Assembly (NCBI GenBank): GCA_903896925.1
Contig: CAITZM010000134.1
Coordinates: forward strand, 33,765 to 97,764
From: an uncultured Lentisphaerota bacterium
GTDB taxonomy: Bacteria; Verrucomicrobiota; Kiritimatiellia; CAIQIC01
DNA length: 64,000 nt
Reading direction: 5' to 3'
The notes under the pieces were generated by a model. It had not been told where the DNA came from. It saw only the letters and a list, made by a program, of their open reading frames with translations, and did not search any database. Both the position numbers and the translations under genes were made by a program. Shown in pieces: positions 29,093 to 38,737 of this stretch (positions are counted from its first letter, which is position 1; every line of letters starts with the position of its first letter).

Positions 29093-32000
29093 ATGGGCAA
29101 AAACATTCCATTTGTACATCTGCATTTCCACACGGAATACAGCCTGCTGGACAGCGCCTGCAAGGTGAAGAAGGTGATGAAGCGCGCCGTGGAGCTCGAG
29201 CAGAACACGCTGGCGATCACCGACCACGGCAACCTCTATGGCGCCGTCGATTTCTACAAGGAAGCCAAGGGTGCTGGTCTCAAGCCGATCCTCGGCTGCG
29301 AAGTCTATGTGGCCGTCGGCGACATGCACGACCGGAAGAGTATCGAGGGTTCCACCAAGCAACCGACGAACCATCTGGTGCTGCTGGCGGAGAACGAACA
29401 GGGCTGGGCAAACCTGATCCGGCTGGTGTCCATGGCGCACCTGGAGGGCTTCTACTACAAGCCGCGCATCGACAAGGAACTGCTCGCCAAATATTCCAAG
29501 GGCCTGATCGGCCTGTCGAGCTGCCTCAAGGGCGAGCCGGCGGAACTGTGCGCGGCAGGGGATATTGCGGGGGCGAAGCGGGCGGCCGGGCAATACGCGG
29601 AGATCCTCGGCAAGGACAACTACTTCATCGAGCTGCAGAACCACGGCCTGCCGGAGCAGCTCAAGGCGAACGTCGGCCTGCGCGAGGTGGCCAAGGCCCT
29701 GCACCTCCCGCTGATCTGCACGAACGACGTGCACTACATCCAGCAGGAGCACCACGAGGCGCACGCGGTCCTGCTCTGCCTCCAGACGCAGAGCAAGCTG
29801 AGCGATCCCGGCCGGATGCACTATCACGGCGACCAGTTCTACATGAAAAGCGGCGAGGAAATGCAGGCGCTCTTCCCCGGCGAGCCGGAGCTGCTCGCAC
29901 GCACGGTCGAGATCGGCCAGCGCTGCAACGTGGACCTGCGGCTCGGCAAGGAAACCCATTTCCCGATCTACATCACGCCGGACGGCAGCACGCAGAAGGA
30001 TTTCATCGTGCAGGTGGCGCACGCCGGCCTGCGCAAGCGCTACAACATGGCCGACTGCCTGCATCCCGCCAGCGAGCTCGAGCGGCAGGTCATGGACCGG
30101 TTCAACTACGAGCTGGGCGTCATCGAGCGCCTGAAGTTCATCAACTATTTTCTCGTGGTGTGGGATTTCATCCATCACGCCAAGCTGCAGGGCATCCCGG
30201 TGGGGCCGGGCCGCGGCTCGGGCGCCGGCAGCCTCATCGCCTACGCGATCGGCATCACGAACATCGAGCCGCTGCGGTTCAACCTGCTCTTCGAGCGCTT
30301 CCTGAACCCGGAGCGCATCAGCTGGCCGGACTTCGACATCGATTTCTGCCAGCGGCGGCGCGGCGAGGTGATCACCTATGTCCGCGAGAAGTACGGCGAG
30401 GAGAACGTCGCGCAGATCGTCACGTTCGGCACGCTCGGGCCCAAGACGGTGATCCGCGACATCGGGCGCGTGCTGGAAATCCCGCTCGGCGAGTGCGACC
30501 GGCTCGCGAAGATGGTGCCCGACGACCCGAAGATCGACGACCTCGAAAAGGCGCTGGCCCAGAATCCCGAGTTCAAGCAGATCTGCGAGCGCGACGAGAA
30601 CGCCAAGCGCATCATGAAGTATGCGCGCGTGCTCGAAGGCCTCGCGCGCAATCCCGGCGTCCACGCCGCCGGCGTCGTCATCGGCGAGAAGCCGCTGGTC
30701 GAAATCCTGCCGCTCGCGCGCAGCAAGGACAAGGAAATCATCACGCAGTTCGAAATGTCGCCGCTCGAGGCGACCGGCCTGATGAAGATGGACTTCCTCG
30801 GCCTCAAGACGCTGACGGTGATCCAGGACGCGCTGGACTACGTCGAGCGCAACCACGGCGTGAAGCTGGACATGGACACGCTGCCGCTGGACGACGCCAA
30901 GACCTACGAGCTGCTCGGCCGCGGCGACGCCGTCGGCGTGTTCCAGCTGGAATCCGGCGGCATGCGCGACCTGCTCCGGCGCATGGCCTCGAACCGGATC
31001 GAGGACCTGATCGCCCTGATCGCGCTCTACCGCCCCGGCCCGATGCAGTTCATCGACAGCTTCATCAACCGCAAGAACGGCCTCGAGGCCATCGAGTATC
31101 CGCACCCGCTGCTCGAATCCATCTTGAAGGAGACCTACGGCATCATCGTCTACCAGGAGCAGGTCCAGCAGGCCGCTGTGACGCTGGCGGGGTTTTCGCT
31201 GGGCCAGGGCGATATTTTGCGGCGCGCCATGGGCAAGAAGAAAAAAGAAGAGATGGACAAGATGCGCGACAAGTTCGTCGAAGGCTGCATCGCGACCAAC
31301 AAGATTCCCCGCGCGCAGGCCTCCGCGATCTTCGACACGATCGACAAGTTCGCCTCCTACGGCTTCAACAAGTCGCACAGCGCCGCCTACGCGATCGTCT
31401 CCTACCAGACGGCCTACCTGAAGGCGCACTATCCGGTGGAGTTCATGTCCGCCCTGATGACGAGTGAAATCGGCAATCCCGACAAGCTGACGAACTTCAT
31501 CAACGAGGCGCGCGCGATGGAGGTCGAGATCCTGCCGCCGAGCGTCAACGAGAGCGACCTGCACTTCACGCCGACCGGCCAGAAGATCCGCTTCGGCCTC
31601 GCGGGCATCAAGAACGTCGGCGAGGGCGCGGTCGAGGAGATCGTCCGCATCCGCAAGGAAGGCGGCCCCTTCAAGGGCCTGGTGGATTTCTGCAACCGCG
31701 TGGACGGCCAGCGCTCGAACAAGAAGGTGCTCGAAAGCCTCGTCCGCTGCGGCGCGTTCGATTTCACCGGCCAGCTGCGCGGCCGGCTCTTCGGCGGCAT
31801 CGACCAGGCGATGGGCGGCGCCGCGTCCGAGCAGCGCGACCGCCGCGCCGGCCAGATATCCCTGTTCGGGATGTTGGGCGGCGACGCCACCCAGAGCGCC
31901 GTTGATGCCGACCTGCCTGCCGGCGAAACCTGGACCGAGAGCCAGCTGCTGGCCGGCGAGAAGGAGCTGCTCGGTTTCTTCATCTCCGGCCATCCGCTGA

Positions 32001-32647
32001 CCGAGTTTCAGTGGATCCTCCAGCGCTTCGACCAGACCGGCGGCGGCCCGCTCGAGGAGGCCGCGCCCGGCACGGTCGTCCGCGTCGGCGGGCTGGTGGC
32101 CAGCTTCCAGAAACGCTTCACCAAGAAAACTCAGGAGCCGATGGGCATTTTCCGGCTCGAACGCCTCGACGGCGCGCTCGAGGCCGTCGCGTTCCCGTCC
32201 ACCTTCACCACCTACGGCGTCTATCTCAAGGACGACGCGCCGGTGCTCGTCTGCGGCCAGCTCGGCCGCTCCGAACTGCCCGGCCAGCAATCGCAGCAGC
32301 TCAAGCTGACCGTGCAGGAAGTCTATCCGCTCGGCGATGTGCCGCGCCTGTTCACCGAGACCGTGAGCGTCCACCTGCCCGAGCAGTTGGCGGACCCCGC
32401 GCGCGTGCAGCAGCTCAAGGCGATCATCCGCCAGCATCCCGGCCAGACCCCGCTGCACATTGTCATCATGCTGGGCAGTGGTGAGAAAATCTACGTCAAC
32501 GCCCATAGCGCGATGCACGTCCTGCCCAGCAAGGCGCTCATCCATGCCATCGAGCAGTTGCTGGGCGAGGGCAGCCTCTACATCGCCCCCCGCGCCGTCA
32601 CCTGCCTCAAGCCTCCTCCGCCCCGCCGCTGGGAGCGCAAGGACTGA
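29093..32647 (+). CDS. dnaE: DNA polymerase III subunit alpha
   Basis: FVHLHFHTEYSLLD PHP domain; GPGRGSGAGS; PDFDIDF; KMDFLGL; YGFNKSH. Confidence 0.98.
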   Translation: MGKNIPFVHLHFHTEYSLLDSACKVKKVMKRAVELEQNTLAITDHGNLYGAVDFYKEAKGAGLKPILGCEVYVAVGDMHDRKSIEGSTKQPTNHLVLLAENEQGWANLIRLVSMAHLEGFYYKPRIDKELLAKYSKGLIGLSSCLKGEPAELCAAGDIAGAKRAAGQYAEILGKDNYFIELQNHGLPEQLKANVGLREVAKALHLPLICTNDVHYIQQEHHEAHAVLLCLQTQSKLSDPGRMHYHGDQFYMKSGEEMQALFPGEPELLARTVEIGQRCNVDLRLGKETHFPIYITPDGSTQKDFIVQVAHAGLRKRYNMADCLHPASELERQVMDRFNYELGVIERLKFINYFLVVWDFIHHAKLQGIPVGPGRGSGAGSLIAYAIGITNIEPLRFNLLFERFLNPERISWPDFDIDFCQRRRGEVITYVREKYGEENVAQIVTFGTLGPKTVIRDIGRVLEIPLGECDRLAKMVPDDPKIDDLEKALAQNPEFKQICERDENAKRIMKYARVLEGLARNPGVHAAGVVIGEKPLVEILPLARSKDKEIITQFEMSPLEATGLMKMDFLGLKTLTVIQDALDYVERNHGVKLDMDTLPLDDAKTYELLGRGDAVGVFQLESGGMRDLLRRMASNRIEDLIALIALYRPGPMQFIDSFINRKNGLEAIEYPHPLLESILKETYGIIVYQEQVQQAAVTLAGFSLGQGDILRRAMGKKKKEEMDKMRDKFVEGCIATNKIPRAQASAIFDTIDKFASYGFNKSHSAAYAIVSYQTAYLKAHYPVEFMSALMTSEIGNPDKLTNFINEARAMEVEILPPSVNESDLHFTPTGQKIRFGLAGIKNVGEGAVEEIVRIRKEGGPFKGLVDFCNRVDGQRSNKKVLESLVRCGAFDFTGQLRGRLFGGIDQAMGGAASEQRDRRAGQISLFGMLGGDATQSAVDADLPAGETWTESQLLAGEKELLGFFISGHPLTEFQWILQRFDQTGGGPLEEAAPGTVVRVGGLVASFQKRFTKKTQEPMGIFRLERLDGALEAVAFPSTFTTYGVYLKDDAPVLVCGQLGRSELPGQQSQQLKLTVQEVYPLGDVPRLFTETVSVHLPEQLADPARVQQLKAIIRQHPGQTPLHIVIMLGSGEKIYVNAHSAMHVLPSKALIHAIEQLLGEGSLYIAPRAVTCLKPPPPRRWERKD

Positions 32648-32764
32648 GCGGCGCCCAAGCCGGGCCCCTGGCACCGCGACCCTGTGGCGGGCGGGAAATT
32701 CCGCGTGGCGCAGTCTTGAGGTCGACGGCTGGCTTCTGAATCGTACGGAAATCGGCGCAACCAC

Positions 32765-32784
32765 AGGGGCTTCGGCTTTTTTTT
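32765..32784 (+). terminator. Possible intrinsic terminator after dnaE
   Basis: ggggc-TTCG-gc short hairpin followed by a T run; weak stem. Confidence 0.35.
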
Positions 32785-32817
32785 GGTTGGATTTGATTTA
32801 TACTGACCGACCATCAG

Positions 32818-34491
32818 ATGGATATCCAAAGCCAACAACAGTACCGGCAAGGCCTGGGCTCGCGGGTGGATGCACTTGAGGCCGCACTCCAGTCGCTGGG
32901 CCGCGATGTGACGGCGGAGAAAAACATCCGGCTCATGGCCAAGTCGCTGTGCACCTCCAGCGTCCCCCAAGGGCTCCAGACCGTTTTTCAGGCTGCGCGC
33001 AGCGTGGAGGTGGCGGCGCCGGCGCAGTTGCCGGAGCTGACGCGCGCCTTCATCGCCATCCTGCGGCAGGCACTGACGGACTCACTGGACGGCCCTCACG
33101 ACGAGGTGGCCGAGTCCCTCCATACACGCCAGCACGGCACTCCCGAGAACACGCGCCATGATGCGCTCACCGGCCTGCTCAACCGCACGGCGTTCTGCGA
33201 GGCGTACGAGCACGCCCTCGGCCTGAGCGCGCGCTCCCGCAAGCCGGTTGTGCTGGCGTTGCTCGAAATTGACCGCCTCGCCGATATCGAGAGGGGCCAT
33301 GGTCAGCCTGCAGTTGAACTCGCCCTGCAGTGCGTGGGCGCGGTGCTGGCGAGTTCCTCGCGGGCGACCGACCTCGTCGCGCGCTGGAGCGCGTTGCAAT
33401 TCGTCCTCCTGTTCCCCGGCGAAGACCAGGCCGGCGGCCGGCGCGCCATCGAGAAGGCGTTGAGCCTGCTGCAGGATCGGCTGCCCGTGTTGCCCGACGG
33501 CCAGCCACTTCGCCTCACCCTCTCCGCCGGCCTCAGAGAGCTGGACCTGCCGGCACCGCTGGAAACGGCTGTGGTGCAGGCGGACCGCTTCCTCTATCTG
33601 GCCAAATCCCGTGGCGGCAATCAGGTGGTCAGCGCCGAAACGACCCTGCCGCCGCGCAAGGACAACGTGCTGGTGGCCACCCGCGAGGACATCGCCGGCA
33701 TCTTCAAACACATTCTCGAAATCAACGGATTCGAGGTGGTGCTCACCCGCCCCTCCAGCGCCGCAGCGCTCGACGTACTCGCCCACGGCCATTTCCGGCT
33801 GATCATCCTTGAGGAAGGCGATGACGGCGAGAGCGGCTACGAGCTGCTGCGCAAGCTCCGCGAAAATCAGCACTGTCACCGCATCCCGATGGTCATGCTT
33901 GTCTCCAACGAACAGGCCGCGGCCCGCGCGCTCGATCTCGGTGCGAACGACTATATGCTCAAGCCGCTTTCGCCGGTCGTCTTCATCGCCCGCGTCCGCC
34001 ACCTGCTGACGCGCGGCGTGCCGGCGGCCCGCCCGCAGCACAAGTTGCTGCTGGTGGATGGCGACCTGGCGGCGTTGATCGTCGCCGGCACCGCGTTGCA
34101 CCAAAGCGGCAGCTTCCGCATCCGCTTCGCCCGCACCGGCGCCGACGCCCTCCGCCGTGCGATGGAAGTCGCGCCCGATGCCGTCTGCGCGGCCGCCCGC
34201 CTGCCGGACATGAGCGGGTCGGAACTCCTCCTGCGCTTGCAGTCCGTGCTGCAGCCCGCCCGCGCCGCCGGCGTGCTGACGGCGCCCGTCGATCAGGCCG
34301 CCGATGTGGCGCGTCTGAGCAGCACGACCCTCCGCGGCGTACTCACCACGCCTTTCAACCTGCAGACGCTGGCCGGCGAGTTGACCCGCCTGTTGCAAAT
34401 CAAGGCGAACCCCGCGCCGCCCTCTGCAGAGGATCACCTGTCATTCAACAGCGAACTGCAGCGGTTGCTGAGCGCTGTCGCTTCGGACTGA
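32818..34491 (+). CDS. Degenerate GGDEF protein with two pseudo-receiver domains
   Basis: HDALTGLLNR; RATD I-site; WSALQF instead of GGDEF; REC folds with E or A at the phospho-Asp position. Confidence 0.8.
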   Translation: MDIQSQQQYRQGLGSRVDALEAALQSLGRDVTAEKNIRLMAKSLCTSSVPQGLQTVFQAARSVEVAAPAQLPELTRAFIAILRQALTDSLDGPHDEVAESLHTRQHGTPENTRHDALTGLLNRTAFCEAYEHALGLSARSRKPVVLALLEIDRLADIERGHGQPAVELALQCVGAVLASSSRATDLVARWSALQFVLLFPGEDQAGGRRAIEKALSLLQDRLPVLPDGQPLRLTLSAGLRELDLPAPLETAVVQADRFLYLAKSRGGNQVVSAETTLPPRKDNVLVATREDIAGIFKHILEINGFEVVLTRPSSAAALDVLAHGHFRLIILEEGDDGESGYELLRKLRENQHCHRIPMVMLVSNEQAAARALDLGANDYMLKPLSPVVFIARVRHLLTRGVPAARPQHKLLLVDGDLAALIVAGTALHQSGSFRIRFARTGADALRRAMEVAPDAVCAAARLPDMSGSELLLRLQSVLQPARAAGVLTAPVDQAADVARLSSTTLRGVLTTPFNLQTLAGELTRLLQIKANPAPPSAEDHLSFNSELQRLLSAVASD

Positions 34492-34588
34492 GCGGCAGAG
34501 CCGCCGCGATGCAGCCGGTTGGCAGCTCAACATCACCACCCGCGGAGCAATGTGTTCTCCAAGGCAGGAAAGAAGACCCGTTGCTTTT

Positions 34589-35293
34589 TCAAGCCATGGA
34601 AAGGGACGGGTGGCGGGCGTCAGGCGCTGGCGCGCCAGATGTGCTGTCCACGAGTCCGGCGCCGATGGCGTAGCGGGTGAGACTGGCGGTGTCGAAGATG
34701 TTGAGCTTGCGCGTGAGGGCCCCGCGGTGTTTTTCGACCGTGCGGATGCTGAGGCCCAGTTCAGGGGCGATCTGTTTGTTCGGCAGGCCCTCGGCGACGA
34801 GTTGGAGCACCTCGACCTCGCGCTCCGTCAGGCAGGCCTCGCGATAGACGCAGGTGCCGCAGTGGTCGGCGCACTGGTGCGGAAGGCGGCAGGCAATGCT
34901 GGGGCTGAAGGCTTTTCTTCCCTGATGCACGTCGCGGATGGCGGCGCACACGGTGCGCGCCGACGCTTGCTTGAGCAGATAGCCGGCGATGCCCAGCGCG
35001 GTCGCCTGCTGGATGTAGCGGTCCTCGCTGCGTGCGGTGAGAATCAGGATCCGGGTGGCGGGACAAAGTTGGCGGATCTGCCGGGTGGCTTCGACCCCAT
35101 TGAGCCGCGGCATCAAGATGTCCATGACGAGCACGGCGGGCAGGAGTTGCTGGGCCAGAGCCACGGCTTCGCGGCCGTTGGCGGCTTCGCCGATGACCTC
35201 GATATCGGTTTCGGCGGCGAGCAGCGCGCGCAGCCCTTCGCGGACGACGGTGTGGTCGTCCGCCAGCAGGACGGTGATGCGGTTCGTAGCCAT
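34589..35293 (-). CDS. NarL/FixJ-family response regulator (REC + LuxR HTH)
   Basis: VLLADDHTVVREGL, MDILMP, LTEREVEVL...TVEKHR. Confidence 0.92.
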   Translation of the reverse strand: MATNRITVLLADDHTVVREGLRALLAAETDIEVIGEAANGREAVALAQQLLPAVLVMDILMPRLNGVEATRQIRQLCPATRILILTARSEDRYIQQATALGIAGYLLKQASARTVCAAIRDVHQGRKAFSPSIACRLPHQCADHCGTCVYREACLTEREVEVLQLVAEGLPNKQIAPELGLSIRTVEKHRGALTRKLNIFDTASLTRYAIGAGLVDSTSGAPAPDARHPSLSMA

Positions 35294-35453
35294 GTTTCCG
35301 GCGGTTTCAGCTCGTGTGGCAACGTCTGGCGCCGCCGGGGAGTCTAGACCGGTTCTCGCCGATGTCAAACCGGCGGGTGGTGGTAGTTCCCCTCATGGCG
35401 GAGCGCGGCGGGTGCCGTAGACTCAGATCGTTATGAAACGACAGGAAGAAAAA

Positions 35454-36647
35454 ATGAAACCAAAAACACCGAGCGGGTTACCTGTCTCGCGGGAAGAAAT
35501 CCGGCCTATCTATCCGGTCCACGGGCTGCCCGCTTCGCAGGAGCTGGCCCTGAAGACCCGCCCGGCGCACGGGCTGCATGTCCTGATCACCGGCGGGGCG
35601 GGGTTCATCGGCTCGAACCTGGCCGAGTATCACCTGCACAAAGGCGACAAGGTGCATGTGGTGGATGACCTCAGCACCGGGGCGCTCAGCAATGTCGAGG
35701 CGTTCCTGAGCCATCCGCATTTCCGGTTCAGTCAGGCCGACATCCTGGTTTGGGACGACCTGAACAAAGCCGTCACCTGGGCCGACCGGATTTATCACAT
35801 GGCGGCCGTGGTGGGTGTCCACAAGGTGCTGGCCGAGCCGATTCATTGTCTGTCGACCAACATCGCGGGCTGCGAGCGGGTGCTGCGCGCGGCCAGTGCC
35901 AACGGGTGGAAGCCCCAGATTGTGATCCCCTCGACCGCGGAGGTCTACGGCGAGGCGCACACCAGCGGTGGGGCGCTGCCGTCGGAGGCGGTCGATTTTA
36001 CCGGGTTCCGGGAGGATGCGGAACTGGTGGTGGGCTCCACGGCGATCAAACGGTGGAACTATCCCGTCAGCAAGATCACCAACGAGGCGATGGGGCTCTC
36101 CTATGGGCAGGCCTTCGGCATGGAGGTCCTCGTCGCCCGGCTGTTCAACAGCGTCGGCCCGCGGCAGACCGGGCGCTATGGGATGGTGCTGCCGCGCTTC
36201 GTGAAGCAGGCCGTGGCGGGCGAGCCGATCACGGTCTACGGCGACGGCACGCAGACGCGCAGCTTCTGCGATGTGCGGGACACCGTGGCGCTGTTGGACG
36301 CCTTGGCGAGCGAGTTGGGCAACGCAGGGGAGATCATTAACGTGGGCAATAACCGGGAGATCAGCATTCACGCGCTGGCCCGGCTGGTCAAGGAACTGGC
36401 GCAGAGCGCCTCGCCCATCGCCTTTGTTCCGTACCGTGTGGCTTACGGCGAAGGGAATGTGGAAACCTACCGGCGCAAGCCCGATCTCACCAAGCTCCTG
36501 GCGCATACGGCGTACCGGCATCAGTGGACGCTGGAGGCGACGGTGCAGGATCTGATCGAACGGGAACGGGCCAACATGGAAGACGCCAGGCTGGTCGCGT
36601 GGCGGCCGGACGATGCGCGCGTCTTCCAGGAGTGCATGGTGTCATGA
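35454..36647 (+). CDS. NAD-dependent nucleotide-sugar epimerase/dehydratase
   Basis: ITGGAGFIGS, YPVSK, RLFNSVGPRQTGRYGMVLPRF; alternative start 35433. Confidence 0.9.
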   Translation: MKPKTPSGLPVSREEIRPIYPVHGLPASQELALKTRPAHGLHVLITGGAGFIGSNLAEYHLHKGDKVHVVDDLSTGALSNVEAFLSHPHFRFSQADILVWDDLNKAVTWADRIYHMAAVVGVHKVLAEPIHCLSTNIAGCERVLRAASANGWKPQIVIPSTAEVYGEAHTSGGALPSEAVDFTGFREDAELVVGSTAIKRWNYPVSKITNEAMGLSYGQAFGMEVLVARLFNSVGPRQTGRYGMVLPRFVKQAVAGEPITVYGDGTQTRSFCDVRDTVALLDALASELGNAGEIINVGNNREISIHALARLVKELAQSASPIAFVPYRVAYGEGNVETYRRKPDLTKLLAHTAYRHQWTLEATVQDLIERERANMEDARLVAWRPDDARVFQECMVS

Positions 36648-37465
36648 AAACTATCCATGGAAAAACCTTGGGGCTGGCGCTGCTCGGGCTGTCCGGCATG
36701 GCGTGGGCCGACGACGTGCGGACCTACCGGGAGATCACCGGCTGGTCGCCGTATTTCGGCGGCGAGGTCGGTTCAACCTACGTGACGCCGAGCTATGAAT
36801 ACAGCAGCATTCACCTGAACCAGAACCAGGTGGACTGGCACGTGGCGGATGTGCAGGTCGCCCATCCATTGGCAGGCGCGACGCCCTACCTCGACCTGGC
36901 GTATTATGAACGCGATCACGCGGGCGACTTCGCGCTGACGGCGGGCTCCTACTTCAGGCCGGGCAAGGATATCCTGCAGGTGGAAGTCGGCGCCGGGCTG
37001 AACCCCGACTTCATCTATCAGTTCCAATCCACCGTGGAATATCAATACAGGCTGGCGAACAACTTCTACGGCAAGGTGCGCGCCCGCTATATGCATTATC
37101 CCACCGCGGGCGATGTGTGGATCGGGTCGCCGGCCGGCCTGGTCTATTATTTCGGCGATCACTACGTGACGGCCGACTACGACTTCTCCTCGACCGCCGG
37201 GCGCGGCACGGCGCAGTGGGGTTCGGTCAAGGCCGACTTCACACTCAATCCGCGCTGGGGTTTCTATGCCGGCGCGGCCGCGGGCGAACGGCTGTTCGAC
37301 ACGGCCGACCTGCCGGCCTCCCGGGAGAACGGCTATATCCTGTTTACCGGCGTCCGTTTCAGGCTGCTGAAAGACGTCCAGCTCACCACCGGGTGTTCCT
37401 ATGCCGAAGAGCAACCGCATTTCATCAAGAGGAGTATCGAAGCCTCGCTTTCGATAAAGTTATGA
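36644..37465 (+). CDS. YaiO-family outer-membrane beta-barrel protein
   Basis: Signal peptide ending AWA; alternating aromatic beta strands (GLVYYFGDHY); C-terminal amphipathic strand; ATGA overlap. Confidence 0.65.
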   Translation: MKTIHGKTLGLALLGLSGMAWADDVRTYREITGWSPYFGGEVGSTYVTPSYEYSSIHLNQNQVDWHVADVQVAHPLAGATPYLDLAYYERDHAGDFALTAGSYFRPGKDILQVEVGAGLNPDFIYQFQSTVEYQYRLANNFYGKVRARYMHYPTAGDVWIGSPAGLVYYFGDHYVTADYDFSSTAGRGTAQWGSVKADFTLNPRWGFYAGAAAGERLFDTADLPASRENGYILFTGVRFRLLKDVQLTTGCSYAEEQPHFIKRSIEASLSIKL

Positions 37466-38736
37466 ACTCAAACTATGCCGAGACGGTCTGGCTGCTGAAC
37501 GCCGTGCTGGTCGCCTTCGTCGTGGTGCTGGCGGCGGGCGGGCTGCTTCATTCCTTGCTCGCCGTCGCCACACAGCGCCGGCGCCAGCCGGGCGACAAGG
37601 CGCTGACCGAGCTGCTCGCCCAGCTGGCGGGGAAGACGGCGCTGACCGTGGCGCACGATCTCGTCTGGCACTGCAGCGAGGTCCCCACCGGGCGGTGGAT
37701 CTGGTTGATCAACCGCCACGAGACGTTCGTCCCCCGGGGTGTATGGCCGCAACTGGAGGCGTACCTGTTCACCACGCCGGTGGTCGCCGCGATCGAACAG
37801 CAGGCCGCCCATGGCCAACGCAAGTGGCGGCGCATCGAGGCGATGAAGTGCCTGGGCCATCTGCACACGCCGGGCGCGCTGACGCTGCTCGAGCAGGCGC
37901 TGGCGGAAAACGATGAGGATCTCCGCTACTTCGCGCTCCTGTCGCTGGCCCACATGCGCACGCCGCCGGCGGCGCGCGTGCTGCTGGGCCAGCTCCGGTG
38001 CAGCGGCGCCAACGGTCATAAAATCGTGGCGCTGCTGGAGGCGTTCCCGGGCGAGGTCGTGCCGGACGTGTACGCCGCCCTGTCCAAGAGCGAGGCCCCC
38101 GTGCGGTTCTGGCTCCTCAAGCTGCTGGCGCGTTTCAAGGTGGCCGTGGAGCTGCCGGCCGTCGTCGGCTTCACCCGTGACCTCTCCCCGGATGTGCGCG
38201 CGGTCGCGTGCGAATGCCTGGGCTTTACGCGCCGCGCCGAGGCCCTCGCGCCGCTCGCGGTCTGCCTGCAGGACCCGACCTGGTACGTGCGCCTGCAGGC
38301 GGTGCGGGCCTTGGCGCGCATCGAAGGCTCGGCCTGCCTGCCGCTGCTGGCGGAGCTGATGCTCACCGAAACCTCCCTGCTGGTGCAGGAGAGCATCAAG
38401 GACGTGATGCTGCGCGACCCGGCCGGCGCGCTGCCCGCGACGGAACGCTTCCTCGACCACGAAAACAGGACGGTGAAGGCGTGGTGTGTCAATGCGCTGG
38501 TGGATTCGAACAGCGTGGTGAAGCTGCTGACGGAATGCCTGTCCGAGTTGAGCGAGGTGCGCGAACACGCGCGGCTCGTCTTGGAAAAATTGATCGAGTC
38601 GCGCCTCCATTTCGGCCTCAAGCAGGCGCTGGACCAGCTGCAGGCGGGTGCCCGCCGCCGGGTCCTGGCCCTGGTGGCCGGTGTGGATGGCGTGCTGGCC
38701 GAACGCCTGGAGCCGCAACGGGTGAAAGGAGCTTGA
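37462..38736 (+). CDS. Membrane-anchored HEAT-repeat protein
   Basis: N-terminal TM; repeated D..VR..A..ALG blocks (LQDPTWYVRLQAVRAL). Confidence 0.85.
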   Translation: MNSNYAETVWLLNAVLVAFVVVLAAGGLLHSLLAVATQRRRQPGDKALTELLAQLAGKTALTVAHDLVWHCSEVPTGRWIWLINRHETFVPRGVWPQLEAYLFTTPVVAAIEQQAAHGQRKWRRIEAMKCLGHLHTPGALTLLEQALAENDEDLRYFALLSLAHMRTPPAARVLLGQLRCSGANGHKIVALLEAFPGEVVPDVYAALSKSEAPVRFWLLKLLARFKVAVELPAVVGFTRDLSPDVRAVACECLGFTRRAEALAPLAVCLQDPTWYVRLQAVRALARIEGSACLPLLAELMLTETSLLVQESIKDVMLRDPAGALPATERFLDHENRTVKAWCVNALVDSNSVVKLLTECLSELSEVREHARLVLEKLIESRLHFGLKQALDQLQAGARRRVLALVAGVDGVLAERLEPQRVKGA

Positions 38737-38737
38737 T

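Noticed and set aside
29093-32647. Inteins in dnaE, gyrA or gyrB
   Set aside because: Lengths are normal and no intein motifs are seen; the GyrB extra segment lies at the known TOPRIM insertion position
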